Assembly: GCA_951406725.2 (NCBI GenBank)
Contig: OX597818.1
Location: 131,936,001-132,000,000 of the forward strand
Length of the DNA: 64,000 nt
Reading direction: 5' to 3'
Origin: Octopus vulgaris
Taxonomy: Eukaryota
Below, in pieces: positions 14,386 to 27,646 of this stretch. Every line of letters begins with the position of its first letter. The stretch's first letter is position 1. The notes under the pieces are model-generated. The model was not told the origin of the DNA. It made no database searches and was given only the letters and a program-made list of their open reading frames with translations. Both the position numbers and the translations under genes were made by a program.

Positions 14386-15419
14386 TGTAAACAATTTATT
14401 TACACATAACTAGAACCATAAAAAAAAAATTTTCAAAACTTCATTTATAATCAAAAAATGAAAAACCTTATCATTCATCATTTGCACTGGAAAAAACTCT
14501 GGGGTACCCAACTTTCTTAAAATGCTCTAAATACATAAATATAAGTTCTATGCACAACCAAAATGGATATTAAAATAGTCTCAGAAAAGAACTATAAATA
14601 AAAATATATAAAATAATTTTAGTAAAGCCTTTTTATAAAATTTTTTACAGGATTGATAAATCCAGTGTAGTTTTAAACCCTAATAGTTTTGGGCATAATT
14701 CAAAATAAAGATAGAAATTGCTAAAAGATGAAACAGATATTTAGTTACTGCTTTAAAGATGATATTTAAATATCAATTCCCATAAATTTATGATTCAAGG
14801 TCAATAAACACTGAAGATAGAAACTTTCAAATTTCCCCGTTTATAATTTATACCAAATTGAAAAGGAAATTTCTATCTTATTTTCCTTTTAAAAATATCC
14901 CTTTCATAAAAAAAGGAAATTAAACACAAAAATAGATAGCTAGATTATAACACTTTAATCTATTTAGCTTCACATAGCTTCTAATTGGAAAGGAATAATT
15001 CCAGAATAGAATGGTTAGGTTTAAATGATTATAAATTATAATAATTGAGCTCGATAAGCTTGCCACTGAAAGAGATAAAGAGCTAGTTATAAATAGGTGG
15101 GATTTAGCTTATCAAGGGTATAGGTAATATAACTTGTAGGTAATAGAGTTGTGGAATTAAGCAGTTAATCAACTACAGTTTGCCCTGAAAGAAAAACGAG
15201 AAAATATAGAATACATAGAAAATTCCAACAATAAAAGAAGAAAAATCTGTTACTGAAATTAATTTGTTTTCTTCTCTTTTTGAAGAATACTTATCCTGTG
15301 AATTATCTACTTTAAATCAACTTGATTTTAATGAGCAAAACTAAATAAACAAACATCATAATGTCGCATAAAAAAATAATAACAACAACAATAATAATGA
15401 TAAAAATAATAATGATAAT

Positions 15420-15806
15420 TTTGACACAAGGCCAGCAATTTCGGGGCGGGAGTAAGTCGATTACATCGACCCTAGTGTTCAACTGATACGTATTTTATAG
15501 ACTCTGAAAGGATGAAAGGCAATGTCGACCTCAACCGAATTTGAACTCAGAACATAGCGATGGGCGAAAAACCTATTTCTTAACTACCTACAAAGGGCTA
15601 AACACAGAGGAGACTAACAAGGACAGACAGACAGACGGATTAAGTCGATTATATCGATCCCAGTGCGTAACTGGTACTTATTTAATCGACCCCGAAAGGA
15701 TGAAAGGTAAAGTCGACCTCGGCGGAATTTGAACTCAGAACGTAACGGCAGACGAAATACCGTTAAGCATTTCGTCCAGCGCGCTAACGGTTCTGCCAGC
15801 ACGCCT
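15420..15806 (-). mobile_element. SINE-B dimer (tRNA head plus Meta/MESC-like central domain); young tail-B unit joined to an older tail-A unit
   Basis: Central gaggtcgactttacctttcatcctttcggggtcgat..aagtaccag; junction gcgaaaaac|ctatttct at ~15571; flanked by (AAT)/(ATT) repeats. Confidence 0.85.
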
Positions 15807-15855
15807 TATTATTATTATTATTATTATTATTGTTATTTTTATTATTATTATTATT

Positions 15856-15894
<39 letters not shown>

Positions 15895-16352
15895 CTACAC
15901 AGAATAAGCTTCGGCTGCAATGAACAGATACTGCTAGATGTCCCAGGAGAGTAATCTATCGTATTTTCATTATCGTTTGACGGCATACGAAAATTGATCA
16001 ATTACTTTCGTTTTCTGGCTAATAAAAAAATTATATATTTATATATATATATATATATAAGAAAAGTGAGAGATAACGTATTTCAATTTATTTCGAACAG
16101 CTTTACTCCAGTAACACAGGGCATTTTGCTAATCTTATTCACATACACTTGCCAAACATAGCGCTGGACAGAATCATGTAGAAAAACACAGTTATTAGAT
16201 ATTGCGCTTGTTTATTGAATTACTTATAAGACAAAAGTGAGATAAGTGCAACTGAGATTAACTAAGTAGCATGACATTAGAAGCTGGGTGATAAAGTTAA
16301 TTGTTGATGAAATGCCTGAAAATGGGGGGAAAAAAATTTTTTTAAAAAGTTA

Positions 16353-16392
16353 AAGGATGACACGCAAATTCGTGAAGCGTTCCATATTTTTT
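16353..16392 (+). pseudogene. U6 snRNA 3'-terminal fragment (5'-truncated retrocopy)
   Basis: aaggatgacacgcaaattcgtgaagcgttccatatttt equals the conserved last ~38 nt of metazoan U6; no U6 5' part upstream. Confidence 0.9.
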
Positions 16393-16397
16393 AGATA

Positions 16398-16823
16398 GGC
16401 GCAGGAGTGGCTGTGTGGTAAGTAGCTTGCTAACCAACCACATAGTTCCGGGTTCAGTCCCACTGCGTGGTATCTTGGGCAAGTGTCTTCTGCTATAGCC
16501 CCGGGCCGACCAATGCTTTGTGAGTGGATTTGGTAGACGGAAACTGAAAGAAGCCCGTCGTATATATGTATATATATATATATATGTGCATGTGTGTGTT
16601 TGTGTGTCTGTGTTTGTCCCGCTAGCATTGCTTGACAACCGATGCTGGTGTGTTTATGTCCCCGTTACTTAGCGGTTCGGCAAAAGAGACCGATAGAATA
16701 AGTACTGGGCTTACAAAAAGAATAACTCCCGGGGTCGAGTTGCTCGATTAAAGGCGGAGCTCCAGCATGGCCGCAGTCAAATGACTGAAACAAGTAAGAG
16801 AGAGTAAAAGAGTAAAAGAGTAA
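16398..16823 (+). mobile_element. SINE-A, full length
   Basis: Family consensus from ggcgcaggagtgg to the (gtaaaaga)n tail. Confidence 0.9.
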
Positions 16824-17649
16824 ATGAAAAATAAAAAAAAAAGGAAACTACAACTCCAAAACCATGCAGCCAGCAGTAGCAGAATCTCTTATAAACATAG
16901 CTGGAAGTGCCATGAAGAAAAAGACATACCAGCAACACGTGACTGAAAAATACAGAAAATCGTTTTTTTTGTTTTTTTTTTTTCCTGCAGTCGACAGCAC
17001 GTGGTGTTCTCTCGAAATATAAACAAAGGTTTAATGCGTAAAGGAGTTTAATACGTCTAGAAAAGGGCCTAGAGGGGACAAATTTTCTTTCGGACCGGTT
17101 TGAATAAAAAGGGACTAGATTCATTTTTTGTTTTGTTTGCGGGTGGGTAGCCCTTTTTTTTTTTTTTTTTTTGATATTTCTTTGCAGTATTTTATTATAG
17201 GTGGGGACTTGTAGATATATTTTCCCAAAGTACATTTTTAGCAAAATTTCAATATCGTAATCCTATAATCGGAGTGTACTTAGTATGAAGGTTGACACAA
17301 CAACAGTAGTTGCTTTTCATACAATTTCAGAATAATGACGCTGTTCTTAATCCTCAAATCAGCCCTGATCAATGTTGTTCCATCCATGACCATCCCATTT
17401 TTCTTTCGCGTTGTGTATGCAAGATGATAATTATATATATATATATATTCGTTTTTAAAAAATTAGGGTATTATTTAAGAGGAATTCAGTTGCAATTTGT
17501 CGTACGGTGAACGACCACAAAGAAGCATCCTCGTTGGCGCAACACAAATAAGTTGTTATTCTTATTATGACCGAGGGAAGCGTTCAGCAAACTAAACACG
17601 GACATGTCAGGGTCTCGCGGTGGATAGAAAACTTAATTCAATTGAAATA

Positions 17650-18050
17650 GTGGCTGTGTGGTAAGTAGCTTGCTAACCAACCACATGGTTCCGGGTTCAG
17701 TCCCACTGCGTGGCATCTTGGGCAAGTGTCTTCTGCTATAGCCCCGGGCCGACCAATGCCTTGTGAGTGGATTTGGTAGACAGAAACTGAAAGAAGCCTA
17801 TCGTATATATGTATATATATATATATGTATACGTGTGTGTGTTTGTGTGTCTGTGTTTGTCCCCCTAGCATTGCTTGACAACCGATGCTGGTGTGTTTAC
17901 GTCCCCGTCACTTAGCGGTTCGGCAATAAGAGACCGATAGAATAAGTACTGGGCTTACAAAGAATAAGTCCCGGGGTCGAATTGCTCGACTAAAGGCGGT
18001 GCTCCAGCATGGCCGCAGTCAAATGACTGAAACAAGTAAAAGAGTAAGAG
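17650..18050 (+). mobile_element. SINE-A
   Basis: Near-identical to 16398-16823. Confidence 0.9.
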
Positions 18051-19348
18051 TATCCAATTAATAAGCGAAAACGTTTCTAAGAGGAGCTAAAATCTAAAAA
18101 CACCAAACTGCTTTTCCTTATGCATTATAACGATATTCTAAACTTAAACTGATTCTTCTGCTACTGAAAATAAACAAGGCATTTTCTCCTTCAGTCATTA
18201 TTCCTGACCATTATTCTATGATGCCATCTCATTTCAGTTTCTCTGCTAACTAGTTCCTTTCAGGCCTCCAGCCCAGTCCTCCAAGTCATGAACCTTGACA
18301 GATCTTACAATAACAATCAGTTCACCAATGTTCCTACATCAAACGCAACCCATAATTTGATACAGCATCACGTGAACTGTTCTCAGGAATTATCCATTCA
18401 CATTTTTTTTTCCTTTTTCTCATTGCACATAAGTCTTCATCAGATTTGTTCATTGGTGAATTATGAAGACCAGGATTTCAACTGAGACGCTGCCATGAGG
18501 GGAACCAAAGGATCATAACTATTCACCTTGTGTGTGCCCTCGCAATCAAGGAAGATATAAAGGTAGAAATATTTCCTTGTTATAGATATGCATAATACTT
18601 TAATGGCCACTTGTTTTCTGGTTACAAGGAACAATCAATGGGGTACTCTGATATTTACTATTGTTATTTACTTTAGCTTTCTGTTACCCCTAACAATGAG
18701 ACAATGAGACTATTGAGTCCTTAAATGGAAGCTTCTCATAGTCAGTTGTGTGCCATAGTCTTAGCAATGTGTTTTGAGAGTTTTCCACTTCCTTGACATC
18801 ATTCCTGGTGGTCTTAGTGGTGGTCAGCAATGGTGCTGGTGGTCAGCAATGCAAGTACTCCTATGTTCAAATATACTAATGGAAGAATGCCTTTAAATTG
18901 GCTGCAGGGTTCAGCAGGCATTTTGATTGGTCACTTTTTGTCCAGTTGGGTTTATCACACCTTAGCCTGGTGAAGATGCCAGTTTTTTTTTCACAAATGA
19001 CCTAACCGTCAAATGCAATGTACTGAGTAACACATTACCAGTAGCACCTACAACTAATCTCTGTCTCTAGATTGACACACTAATCAAGAGAACAGTTGAT
19101 AACTGTTGAAGCACTCACCAGTTTTCACACCAAAAATGTAGTGTTCATGGGACTAGCTGTATGTTATAAGGTGACTGTAAATATTGCTCGATGAAACCAG
19201 TGTCATTTTTAATATACATTATGCATGTCTATGTTGTTCAATCTATTAAGGAGCCATATTCTTGCAGTATTTGGGCAATAATGTGGATGAGAAGAAAATG
19301 TGTGTGTATATACACACACATACATATCTAAATATAAACACTATATGT

Positions 19349-19401
<53 letters not shown>

Positions 19402-19406
<5 letters not shown>

Positions 19407-19563
19407 TTATTGCCCACAAGGGGCTAAACACAGAGGGGACAAACAAGGACAGACAAAGGGATTAAGTCGATTACATCGATTCCCAGTACGTAACTGGTAC
19501 TTAATTTATCGACCCCGAAAGGATGAAAGGCAAAGTTGACCTCAGGGAAAGGCAAAGTTGACC
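19402..19563 (-). mobile_element. SINE-B, 5'-truncated, tail in (TA)n
   Basis: gcccacaaggggctaaacacagaggggacaaac...gaaaggcaaagttgacct. Confidence 0.85.
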
Positions 19564-20189
19564 TAACATTGCATATACCTACATAAATACTACACACAAA
19601 CATACACACTTTCAAGCACTATGTAACACACACACACGCACACACACAAAAGAAACATTGAGTATTTGAAATTCTGAGAGGAATTACTAAATACATAAAA
19701 CACACGGAAAACGAAGCTAAATAGTCCGGGAAATTTAAATTATCAAAAACAAACAAACCAACGTCTAGTGTTTCTGCCTCCGTAAAATGAAAGTAATTTT
19801 TGCGCATATTTTTGCACGTACATTTTTAGTTGGAAATCGTATTATATTGTTTATTCAGAATAGATAACACGCAAAAAATTAATCTACTTAATCTGAAGAA
19901 AACTTCGACATTATAGTTTATTTCTTCGTTGTATTATTTTAATCAGTGAAAGCAGACGACACCAAAAATGGCGGTTTTATTTTGTATTGTTAATTCTATT
20001 TAGTTTGTTATTATTGCCGACAAAAATGAGTAAAGTGAATTGAAAAAACACAGAAAATTTTGACATTTATAACTTTCGGTAGAATGATAATCGTTATTTT
20101 TCTTCTCGGATTAAAGAAAAAAGCCTCCCCCGGTTTCTTTTTCTTTTTTTTTTTTTTGCATTATCTTACTCCAGTAATAAACTTACGCT

Positions 20190-20584
20190 CTCTTCACTCT
20201 TTTACTTGTTTCAGTCATTTGACTGCGGCCATACTGGAGCACCGCCTTTAGTCGAGCAAGTCGACCCCGGGACTTATACTTTGTAAGCCCAGTACTTATT
20301 CTATCGGTCTCTTTGGCCGAACCGCTAAGTGACAGGGACATAAACACACTAGCATCGGTTGTCAAGCAATGTTAGGGGGGACAAACACAGACACACAAAC
20401 ATATACACACACATATGTATACGACAGGCTTCTTTCAGTTTCCGTCTACCAAATCCACTCACAAGGCATTGGTCGGCCCGGGGCTATAGCAGAAAACACT
20501 TGCCCAAGGTGCCACGCAGTGGGACTGAACCCGGAACCATGTGGTTGGTAAGCAAGCTACTTACCACACAGCCACTCCTGCACC
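20190..20584 (-). mobile_element. SINE-A
   Basis: Reverse complement of the family consensus. Confidence 0.9.
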
Positions 20585-21499
20585 TTGTAGAATTTTAAAT
20601 AATCCTTTACTTTTCTCGTCACACTGAGTGTGTCCTTACGTATTGTGACAATTGTGGATAGGCAGTTAACTATTATCAGAGAAACATGTGCTTATAAGTT
20701 CGAAGTTCTAAATAAAATGTTTCTAAAACACTAACACCTCACCGAGGTTTATCTAACAACCTATGTCAGTTTCGATTTAGATACAAATAAAACCAACACT
20801 CCACTGAAGCAAAAAAAAATCTTACTCATATTGTGTTGACTTGAAGTAGTTACACAGAAAATATGGAATTTACGTAAAGACGAGTTTTGAAATGTTTAAG
20901 CGGAAAAGACAGGCCCGTCACAAGACTTTGATGCCTGGGGGTGCTTCACAGTATTCTGGGTGGGCACCAGTTTGTATCGCGGAAAGATCTTTGTAAACTG
21001 TATTTTCTGAATAGTAAAGGAGCAGTGTCGTCCAGTGTACCCCTTAAGCGACGAGTATGGGGAGAGGAAATGGAGAATCAAAGAATTTACTTCTTCCTTT
21101 CAGCAACACTTTTGCGGATTTAGGCATATAAATTAAACAAGGTGGGTTTTTTTTTTTAACAAAGTGTTTCTGAAATTATAACTTAGGACCTAACCAAGCC
21201 TAAAGTTGATACTGTGATACCCTGTAGAATATACAGGGCTGTCTCAACGGTACTGCAGCCCCACCCTGACAAAACAATGCACGGGGTGGGGGGCCCCAAC
21301 ACAACCACAATAAAGGTATAGTTCTGTGAGGACCGTGCCTTAAGAAGACAATAAACATATGATAGTAATGTTTTATTTTACACAAAGGAGACACGCATGA
21401 GAGGACACTACGAATACAAGAAAGATAGAAAGAAGTTAGTATTAAGGTTGAATTGGGTAAGAGAGAAAAAAATGGAAGGAAAAACAAGGGTATATATAT

Positions 21500-21880
21500 A
21501 TGTGGTAAGTAGCTTACTAACCAACCACATGGTTCCGGGTTCAGTCCCACTGCGTGGCATCTTGGGCAAGTGTCTTCTGCTATAGCCCCGGGCCGACCAA
21601 TGCCTTGTGAGTGTATTTGGTAGACGGAAACTGAAAGAAGCCTATCGTATATATGTATATATATGTATATATGTGTATGTGTGTGTGTTTGTCCCCCTAG
21701 CATTGCTTGACAACCGATGCTGGTGTGTTTACGTCCCCGTCACTTGGCGGTTCGGCAAAAAGAGACCGATAGAATAAGTACTGGACTTACAAAGAATAAG
21801 TCCCGGGGTCGATTTGCTCGATTAAAAGGCGGTGCTCCAGCATGGCCGCAGTCAAATGACTGAAACAAGTAAAAGAGTAA
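21500..21880 (+). mobile_element. SINE-A
   Basis: Family consensus, slightly 5'-truncated. Confidence 0.9.
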
Positions 21881-21994
21881 TATATATATATCCAAAAAAA
21901 AAAACAAGAACAAACACAACAAGCAAAAAACAACAACGCGAAGGCCAGGTACATGCAAAGTATTAGCAGACACTCAGGGAAGGAAAGAATGGTA

Positions 21995-22029
21995 GTTTTA
22001 CGTTTCGAGCAGAGCTCTTCCTCAGAAAC
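21995..22029 (-). ncRNA. Minimal type-I hammerhead ribozyme motif in a Penelope pLTR-like repeat (~21900-22100)
   Basis: Minus strand: GUUU CUGAGGA A GAGC UCU GCUC GAAAC GUA AAAC; intact core, helix I GUUU/AAAC, helix II GAGC/GCUC, palindromic ACGU helix III. Confidence 0.7.
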
Positions 22030-22132
22030 AGGAGACGGAGGAAAGTCCAAGAAAAAAGGAAGACGGGGGGAAAGAAATCGCCCACGATCCACATGTGGTT
22101 ACATTTTGAAAAAAAAAAAAAAATGTATATAT

Positions 22133-22926
22133 AGGAGTGGGTGTGTGGTAAGTAGCTTGTCTACCAACCACATGATTCCGGGTTCAGTCCCACTGCGTGG
22201 CACCTTGGGCAAATGTCTTCTACTATAGCCTCGGGCCGACCAAAGCCTTGTGAGTGGATTTGGTAGACGGAAACTGAAAGAAGCCCGTCGTATATATGTA
22301 TATATATATATGCGTGTGTGTGTTTGTGTGTCTGTATTTGTCCCCCTAGCATTGCTTGACAACCGATGCTGGTGTGTTTATGTCCCCGTTACTTAGCGAT
22401 TCGACAAAAGAGACCGATAAAATAAGTACTGGGCTTACAAAAGAATAAGTCCCGGGGTCGATTTGCTCGATTAAAGGCGGTGCTCCAGCATAGCCGCAGT
22501 CAAATGACTGAAACAAGTAAAAAAGAGTAAAAAAAGAGTAAAGAGTATATATATAGGCGCAGGTGTGGCTGTGTGGTAAGTAGCTTGCTTACCAACCACA
22601 TGGTTCCAGGTTCAGTCCCACTGCATGGCACCTTGGGCAAGTGTCTTCTTACTACAGCCTCGGGCCGACCACAGGCTTGTGAGTGGATTTGGTAAACGGA
22701 AATGTATGTGTGGTGATTGTGTGTCTGTGTTTGCTCCTCCCACCAACATCGCTTGACAACCGATGCTGGTGTGTTTACGTCCCCGTAACTTAGCGGTTCG
22801 GTAAAAAAAAAAGAGACCGATAGAAGAAGTACTAGGCTTACAAAGAATAAGTCTTGGGGTCGATTTGCTCGACTAAAGGCGGTGCTCCAGCATGGCCGCA
22901 GTCAAATGACTGAAACAAATAAAAGA
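22133..22926 (+). mobile_element. Two tandem SINE-A copies (22133-22545, 22556-22926)
   Basis: Two successive family consensus units separated by (TA)n. Confidence 0.9.
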
Positions 22927-23055
22927 ATATATATTTATAAAACGTCCCACAAGTGGGGAAAACTACATGGTCCGTCAGAGAACCTGATTGATCCAGAATT
23001 GACTTTACTGTAAAAAGTCTCTACCCTTTCTCAGCTTATGTTTCTTTATTAGCTA

Positions 23056-23452
23056 CTAGCAGTATCGTCCGGCGTTGCTCGGGTTTGTAAGGGAAATAAC
23101 TATATAAGCATTTTTAGAGAGTTATAGCAAGAAAATAGCAAAAAAATGCATTAAAAAGGGAAAAAAAATGATGGTAAATTTTTTTTAAATCGTTGACTCA
23201 TCGTAGACATTTTTAGAGAGTTACTTCCCTTATATAATAGCGAAAAAATGCATTAAAATGGAAAAAAATGATGGTAAATTTTTTTTTAAATCGTACACTC
23301 ATCGTAGACGCGCGCTAATACCCAGAAGGGCTCGATATGAATCACGACTATAAGATACCCGCTTTTGGTTAAACTGCACCGCAAAATGTGGGAGTAGTTG
23401 GGAATTTAAATCGTAGGAGACAGACACACAACTTCACTTTTATATATAAAGA
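23056..23452 (-). mobile_element. Non-autonomous Helitron
   Basis: Minus strand starts TC (tctttatatataaaag), ends with GC-rich hairpin cccgagcaacgccgg then CTAG; sits between A and T with no TSD; internal ~120-bp duplication. Confidence 0.8.
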
Positions 23453-23779
23453 TAAGGGGTTCGAAGATGTTGGACAGAACAAAGAGATTACAACAAAGCG
23501 GGTTTTTACATCAAGATTAACTAACGAAAACAAACAGTAGGTATGATAACCACCTAAGGGCTAATCAAGAAACCCCCTAGAATAAGTTAGAAGTGGATTC
23601 GATAACGCGGTTGATGTTGTAAGATGAAAAAAGCAAAAGAAAGAAAACCTGACAAGGAATTTGTCCGAGTTATCAAAATATTCAATTTTTATATTTCTAT
23701 AGGAGTCTTTTGGGAAAAAAATGGAAAATAGGAATCTGTTCGGAAAAATCTGTTGGGTCATTAGAGAGAGAGAAATATT

Positions 23780-24332
23780 TCTTTCTTTATTGACCACAGG
23801 GGGCTAAACATCGAACCCAGAGAGTAACTGGTACTTATTTAATCGACCCTGAAAGGATGAAAGGCAAAGTCGACCTCGGCGGAATTTGAACTCAGAACGT
23901 AAGGGCAAACAAAATACCTATTTCTTTATTACCCACAAGGGGCTAAACACAGAGGGGACAAGCATGGACAGACATAGGTATTAAGTCGATTACATCGACC
24001 CCAGTGCGTAACTGGTACTTATTTAATCGACCCTGAAAGGATGAAAGGCAAAGTCGACCTCACGGAATTTGAACTCAGAACGTAAGGGCAAACAAAATAC
24101 CTATTTCTTTATTACCCACAAGGGGCTAAACACAGAGGGGACAAACACGGACAGACATAGGTATTAAGTCGATTACATCGACCCAGTGCGTAACTGGTAC
24201 TTAATTTATCGACCCCGAAAGGATGAAAGGCAAAGTCAACCTCGGCGGAATTTGAACTCAGAACGTAAGGGCAAACAAAATACCGCTAAGCATTTCGTCC
24301 GGCATGCATACAATTCTGCCAGCTCGCCGCCC
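23780..24332 (-). mobile_element. SINE-B trimer
   Basis: Three head-to-tail units joined at caaaatac|ctatttc (23917/8, 24100/1); whole array flanked by direct repeat agagagagaaatatt. Confidence 0.9.
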
Positions 24333-24599
24333 TAGAGAGAGAAATATTAACAGAATCTTAAAATGTGGCCTCGTGCCATCCTACGAATTTCTTATTCTTA
24401 AGGAATCAGAGAGGTGAGGACCGTAAATTTTGCCCTATCTCCAAAACGAGTGGCAGGAAGCAGTGTGGTTATCAAGTTAGCTTGAACATGAGCAGGCGAG
24501 ATTCGAAATCGGTATCTCGCTTGCATAGCGACAACCGATTACATTACAGAAATCAAACGGAACTCTACAACCAACACCTTTCTGCGCCCGTTAGCATCA

Positions 24600-24930
24600 T
24601 ACTCTTTAACTTGTTTCAGTCATTTGACTGCGGCCATGCTGGAGCACCGCCTTTAGTCGAGCAAATCGACCCCAAATCGCTAAGTGACGGGGACGTAAAC
24701 ACACCGGCATCGGTTGTCAAGCAATGCTAGGGGGACAAACACAGACACACAAACACACACATATATACGACAGGCTTCTTTCAGTTTACGTCTACCAAAT
24801 CCACTCACAAGGCATTGGTCGGCCCGGGGCTATAGCAGAAGACACTTGCCCAAGATGCCACGCAGTGGGACTGAACCCGGAATCATGTGGTTGGTAAACA
24901 AGGTACTTACCTCACAGCCACTCCTGCGCC
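24600..24930 (-). mobile_element. SINE-A with internal deletion
   Basis: Family consensus lacking the gggacttattc...gccgaa segment. Confidence 0.85.
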
Positions 24931-25061
24931 TGTAATATATTTTATAATGTATTGCGGTAAATTTCAACGAGACAGCGAAGCAGTTTCAAATAACGTGTTT
25001 GTTAGAATATAATTTTCATACATATACACATACACACACACATATATACATGTACATTCGC

Positions 25062-25309
<248 letters not shown>

Positions 25310-25311
<2 letters not shown>

Positions 25312-25690
25312 CGCAGGAGTGGCTGTGTGGTAAGTAGCTTGCTAACCAACCACATGGTTCCGGGTTCAGTCCCACTGCGTGGCATCTTGGGCAAGTGTCT
25401 TCTGCTACAGCCCCGGGCCGACCAATGCCTTGTTAGTGGATTTGGTAGACGGAAACTGAAAGAAGCCTGTCGTATATATGTATGTGTGTGTATGTGTGTC
25501 TGTCCCCCTAGCATTGCTTGACAACCGATGCTGCTGTGTTTACGTCCCCGTCACTTAGCGGTTCGGCAAAAGCGACCGATAGAATAAGTACTGGGCTTAC
25601 AAAGAATAAGTCCCGGGGTCGATTTGCTCGACTAAAGGCGGTGCTCCAGCATGGCCGCAGTCAAATGACTGAAACAAGTAAAAGAGTAAA
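25310..25690 (+). mobile_element. SINE-A
   Basis: Full family consensus. Confidence 0.9.
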
Positions 25691-26313
25691 TAGAGTATAT
25701 ATGTCAAAGATTATTGGAGTTTCAGTATTAGCACGGTTAATGTATAAAGTGGTTAAATTCTCGTTGGAGTATTTAAAAAAAAAAAAAAAACTTATCTTTC
25801 GGAGTATTATTATACATACAAGACGTAAATAAATACAAACACACCTTCTAAACAAATATGTATATATATATGTGTGTGTGCATATATGTATGTATACGTG
25901 CATATATGTATATATATGTATACATGCATATATGTATATATACGTGCATTTATGTAAATATACATGCATTTATGTATGTATATACATACATATATGTATG
26001 TATATACATAAATGTATGTATGTATATACATAAATGTATGTATGTATATATACATATATGTATGTATATATACATAAATAAAGGCGGTGCTCCAGCATGG
26101 CCACAATCAAATGACTGAAACAAGTAAAAGAGTAAATGTATGTATATATACATAAATGTATGTAAGTATATATACATAAATGTATGTGTATATACACATA
26201 CATATGTATGTATAAATATATGTATATATACATACATATATGTATGTATAAATATATGTATATATACATACATATATGTAAACATACATTCATATATACA
26301 TATATGTACATGT

Positions 26314-26363
<50 letters not shown>

Positions 26364-26476
26364 GTATGCATATATATATATATATACGTATATATTTATG
26401 TATGCATATATTTATTTATATATACACATATGTATGTATATATATATATATGCATATATATATATATACACATATG

Positions 26477-26526
<50 letters not shown>

Positions 26527-26693
26527 TGTTTTGCTTTCCATTCGTATCTTTCGTTGTCCGAAAGAAAAGTTTATGTTCCATGAATTCATTCGTGCTTCGT
26601 TTCTTCTTTCTTTTTTTTTTTCGTTGTACACGTTTCATGACGTCCTGTAACCTAATATGCATATATATACATATATACATATTCATATATACT

Positions 26694-26930
26694 CATAGAT
26701 GTAAGTGCGTACATATACGTATGTATATATGCAAATATATATATTTATGTATATATGCATAGATGTAAATGCGTACATATACGTATGTATATATGCAAAT
26801 ATATATATTTATATATATATGCATAGATGTAAATGCGTACATATACGCATGTATATATGCAAATATATATATTTATATATATATGCATAGATGTAAATGC
26901 GTACATATACGTATGTATATATGCACATAT
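26694..26930. repeat. ~64-bp minisatellite, about 4 units
   Basis: catagatgtaaatgcgtacatatacgtatgtatatatgcaaatatatatatttat.. repeated. Confidence 0.85.
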
Positions 26931-26948
26931 ATATATACAGATATATAC

Positions 26949-27008
<60 letters not shown>

Positions 27009-27197
27009 CAATAATAAATCTAGCTACGTCAGATAAACAAACACCATGAGGACTTCTTAGCCTATATAATATCTCGTAACAAAAGAAGTCAAAATATAAT
27101 TGGAAATTTTCCCATCAAGTAATCGGTACAGATAGAAAGAAAGTTTCAAAACAAAAATAGAGGAATAAAGTGGAAAAACTTTCAAGTGAAAACTTAC

Positions 27198-27278
27198 CGG
27201 CCGTTTAGTTCCTTTGTTCCGTGTAAATAGTGGCACACCTCCACAAGTTGTCAAGCACATTAAACTACAAGCCGCCAT
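27198..27278 (-). CDS. FUZ: Fuzzy planar cell polarity / CPLANE protein, first coding exon (27 aa)
   Basis: MAACSLMCLTTCGGVPLFTRNKGTKRP resembles the FUZ longin-domain N-terminus (human HLLCLAASSGVPLFCR); Kozak aaccATGG; phase-0 GTAAGT donor at 27197, as recalled for vertebrate FUZ intron 1. Downstream exons not found. Confidence 0.75.
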
Positions 27279-27289
27279 GGTTGTTAAGC

Positions 27290-27420
27290 TAGCTACTTCT
27301 TACACATGCGCACTGACAGCACAACAACGTTCTGATGACCGACCGACCGACCGACAAACCAACCAGTCAGCCAGCCTGCCTGCCTGCCTTGCCTGCCAGC
27401 TGAGAGTGCGACCTGCTTTA
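27290..27420 (-). promoter_or_regulatory. Putative FUZ 5' UTR / proximal promoter
   Basis: GC/CpG-richer stretch directly upstream of the ATG, with NRF1-like acatgcgca at ~27304. Confidence 0.35.
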
Positions 27421-27646
27421 TACAGATTTTTCTTTTTTTTAAATAAAAGAGAGAAAACTGTTAGATTAAAGTCTTGACGACGAAAACTTGGCTGTCCTCA
27501 CCAACCACATAGCATTTTTTTTATTTCTTTCTGTGGGTTTCATTTTCTCTTTTCTTTTCTTTTTTTTTTTCTTTTCATTGAGGCTGAAGGATCGTTCTTT
27601 GTATTATTCTTATATTATTTTGAGATCATTTCACTATAAATATCAG

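Noticed and set aside
14167-14409. Recurring ORFs such as [24 protein letters not shown]
   Set aside because: Antisense translations of SINE-A copies; the recurrence reflects the repeat.
15100-16950. Strong minus-strand acceptors (~15184, ~16316, ~16944) as FUZ exons
   Set aside because: Following frames hit stops or lack FUZ similarity; cannot be supported without RNA data.
27271-27477. Plus-strand perfect Kozak gccgccATGG overlapping the FUZ start
   Set aside because: Explained as the reverse complement of ccATGGCGGC; the downstream peptide is low-complexity and unrecognised.
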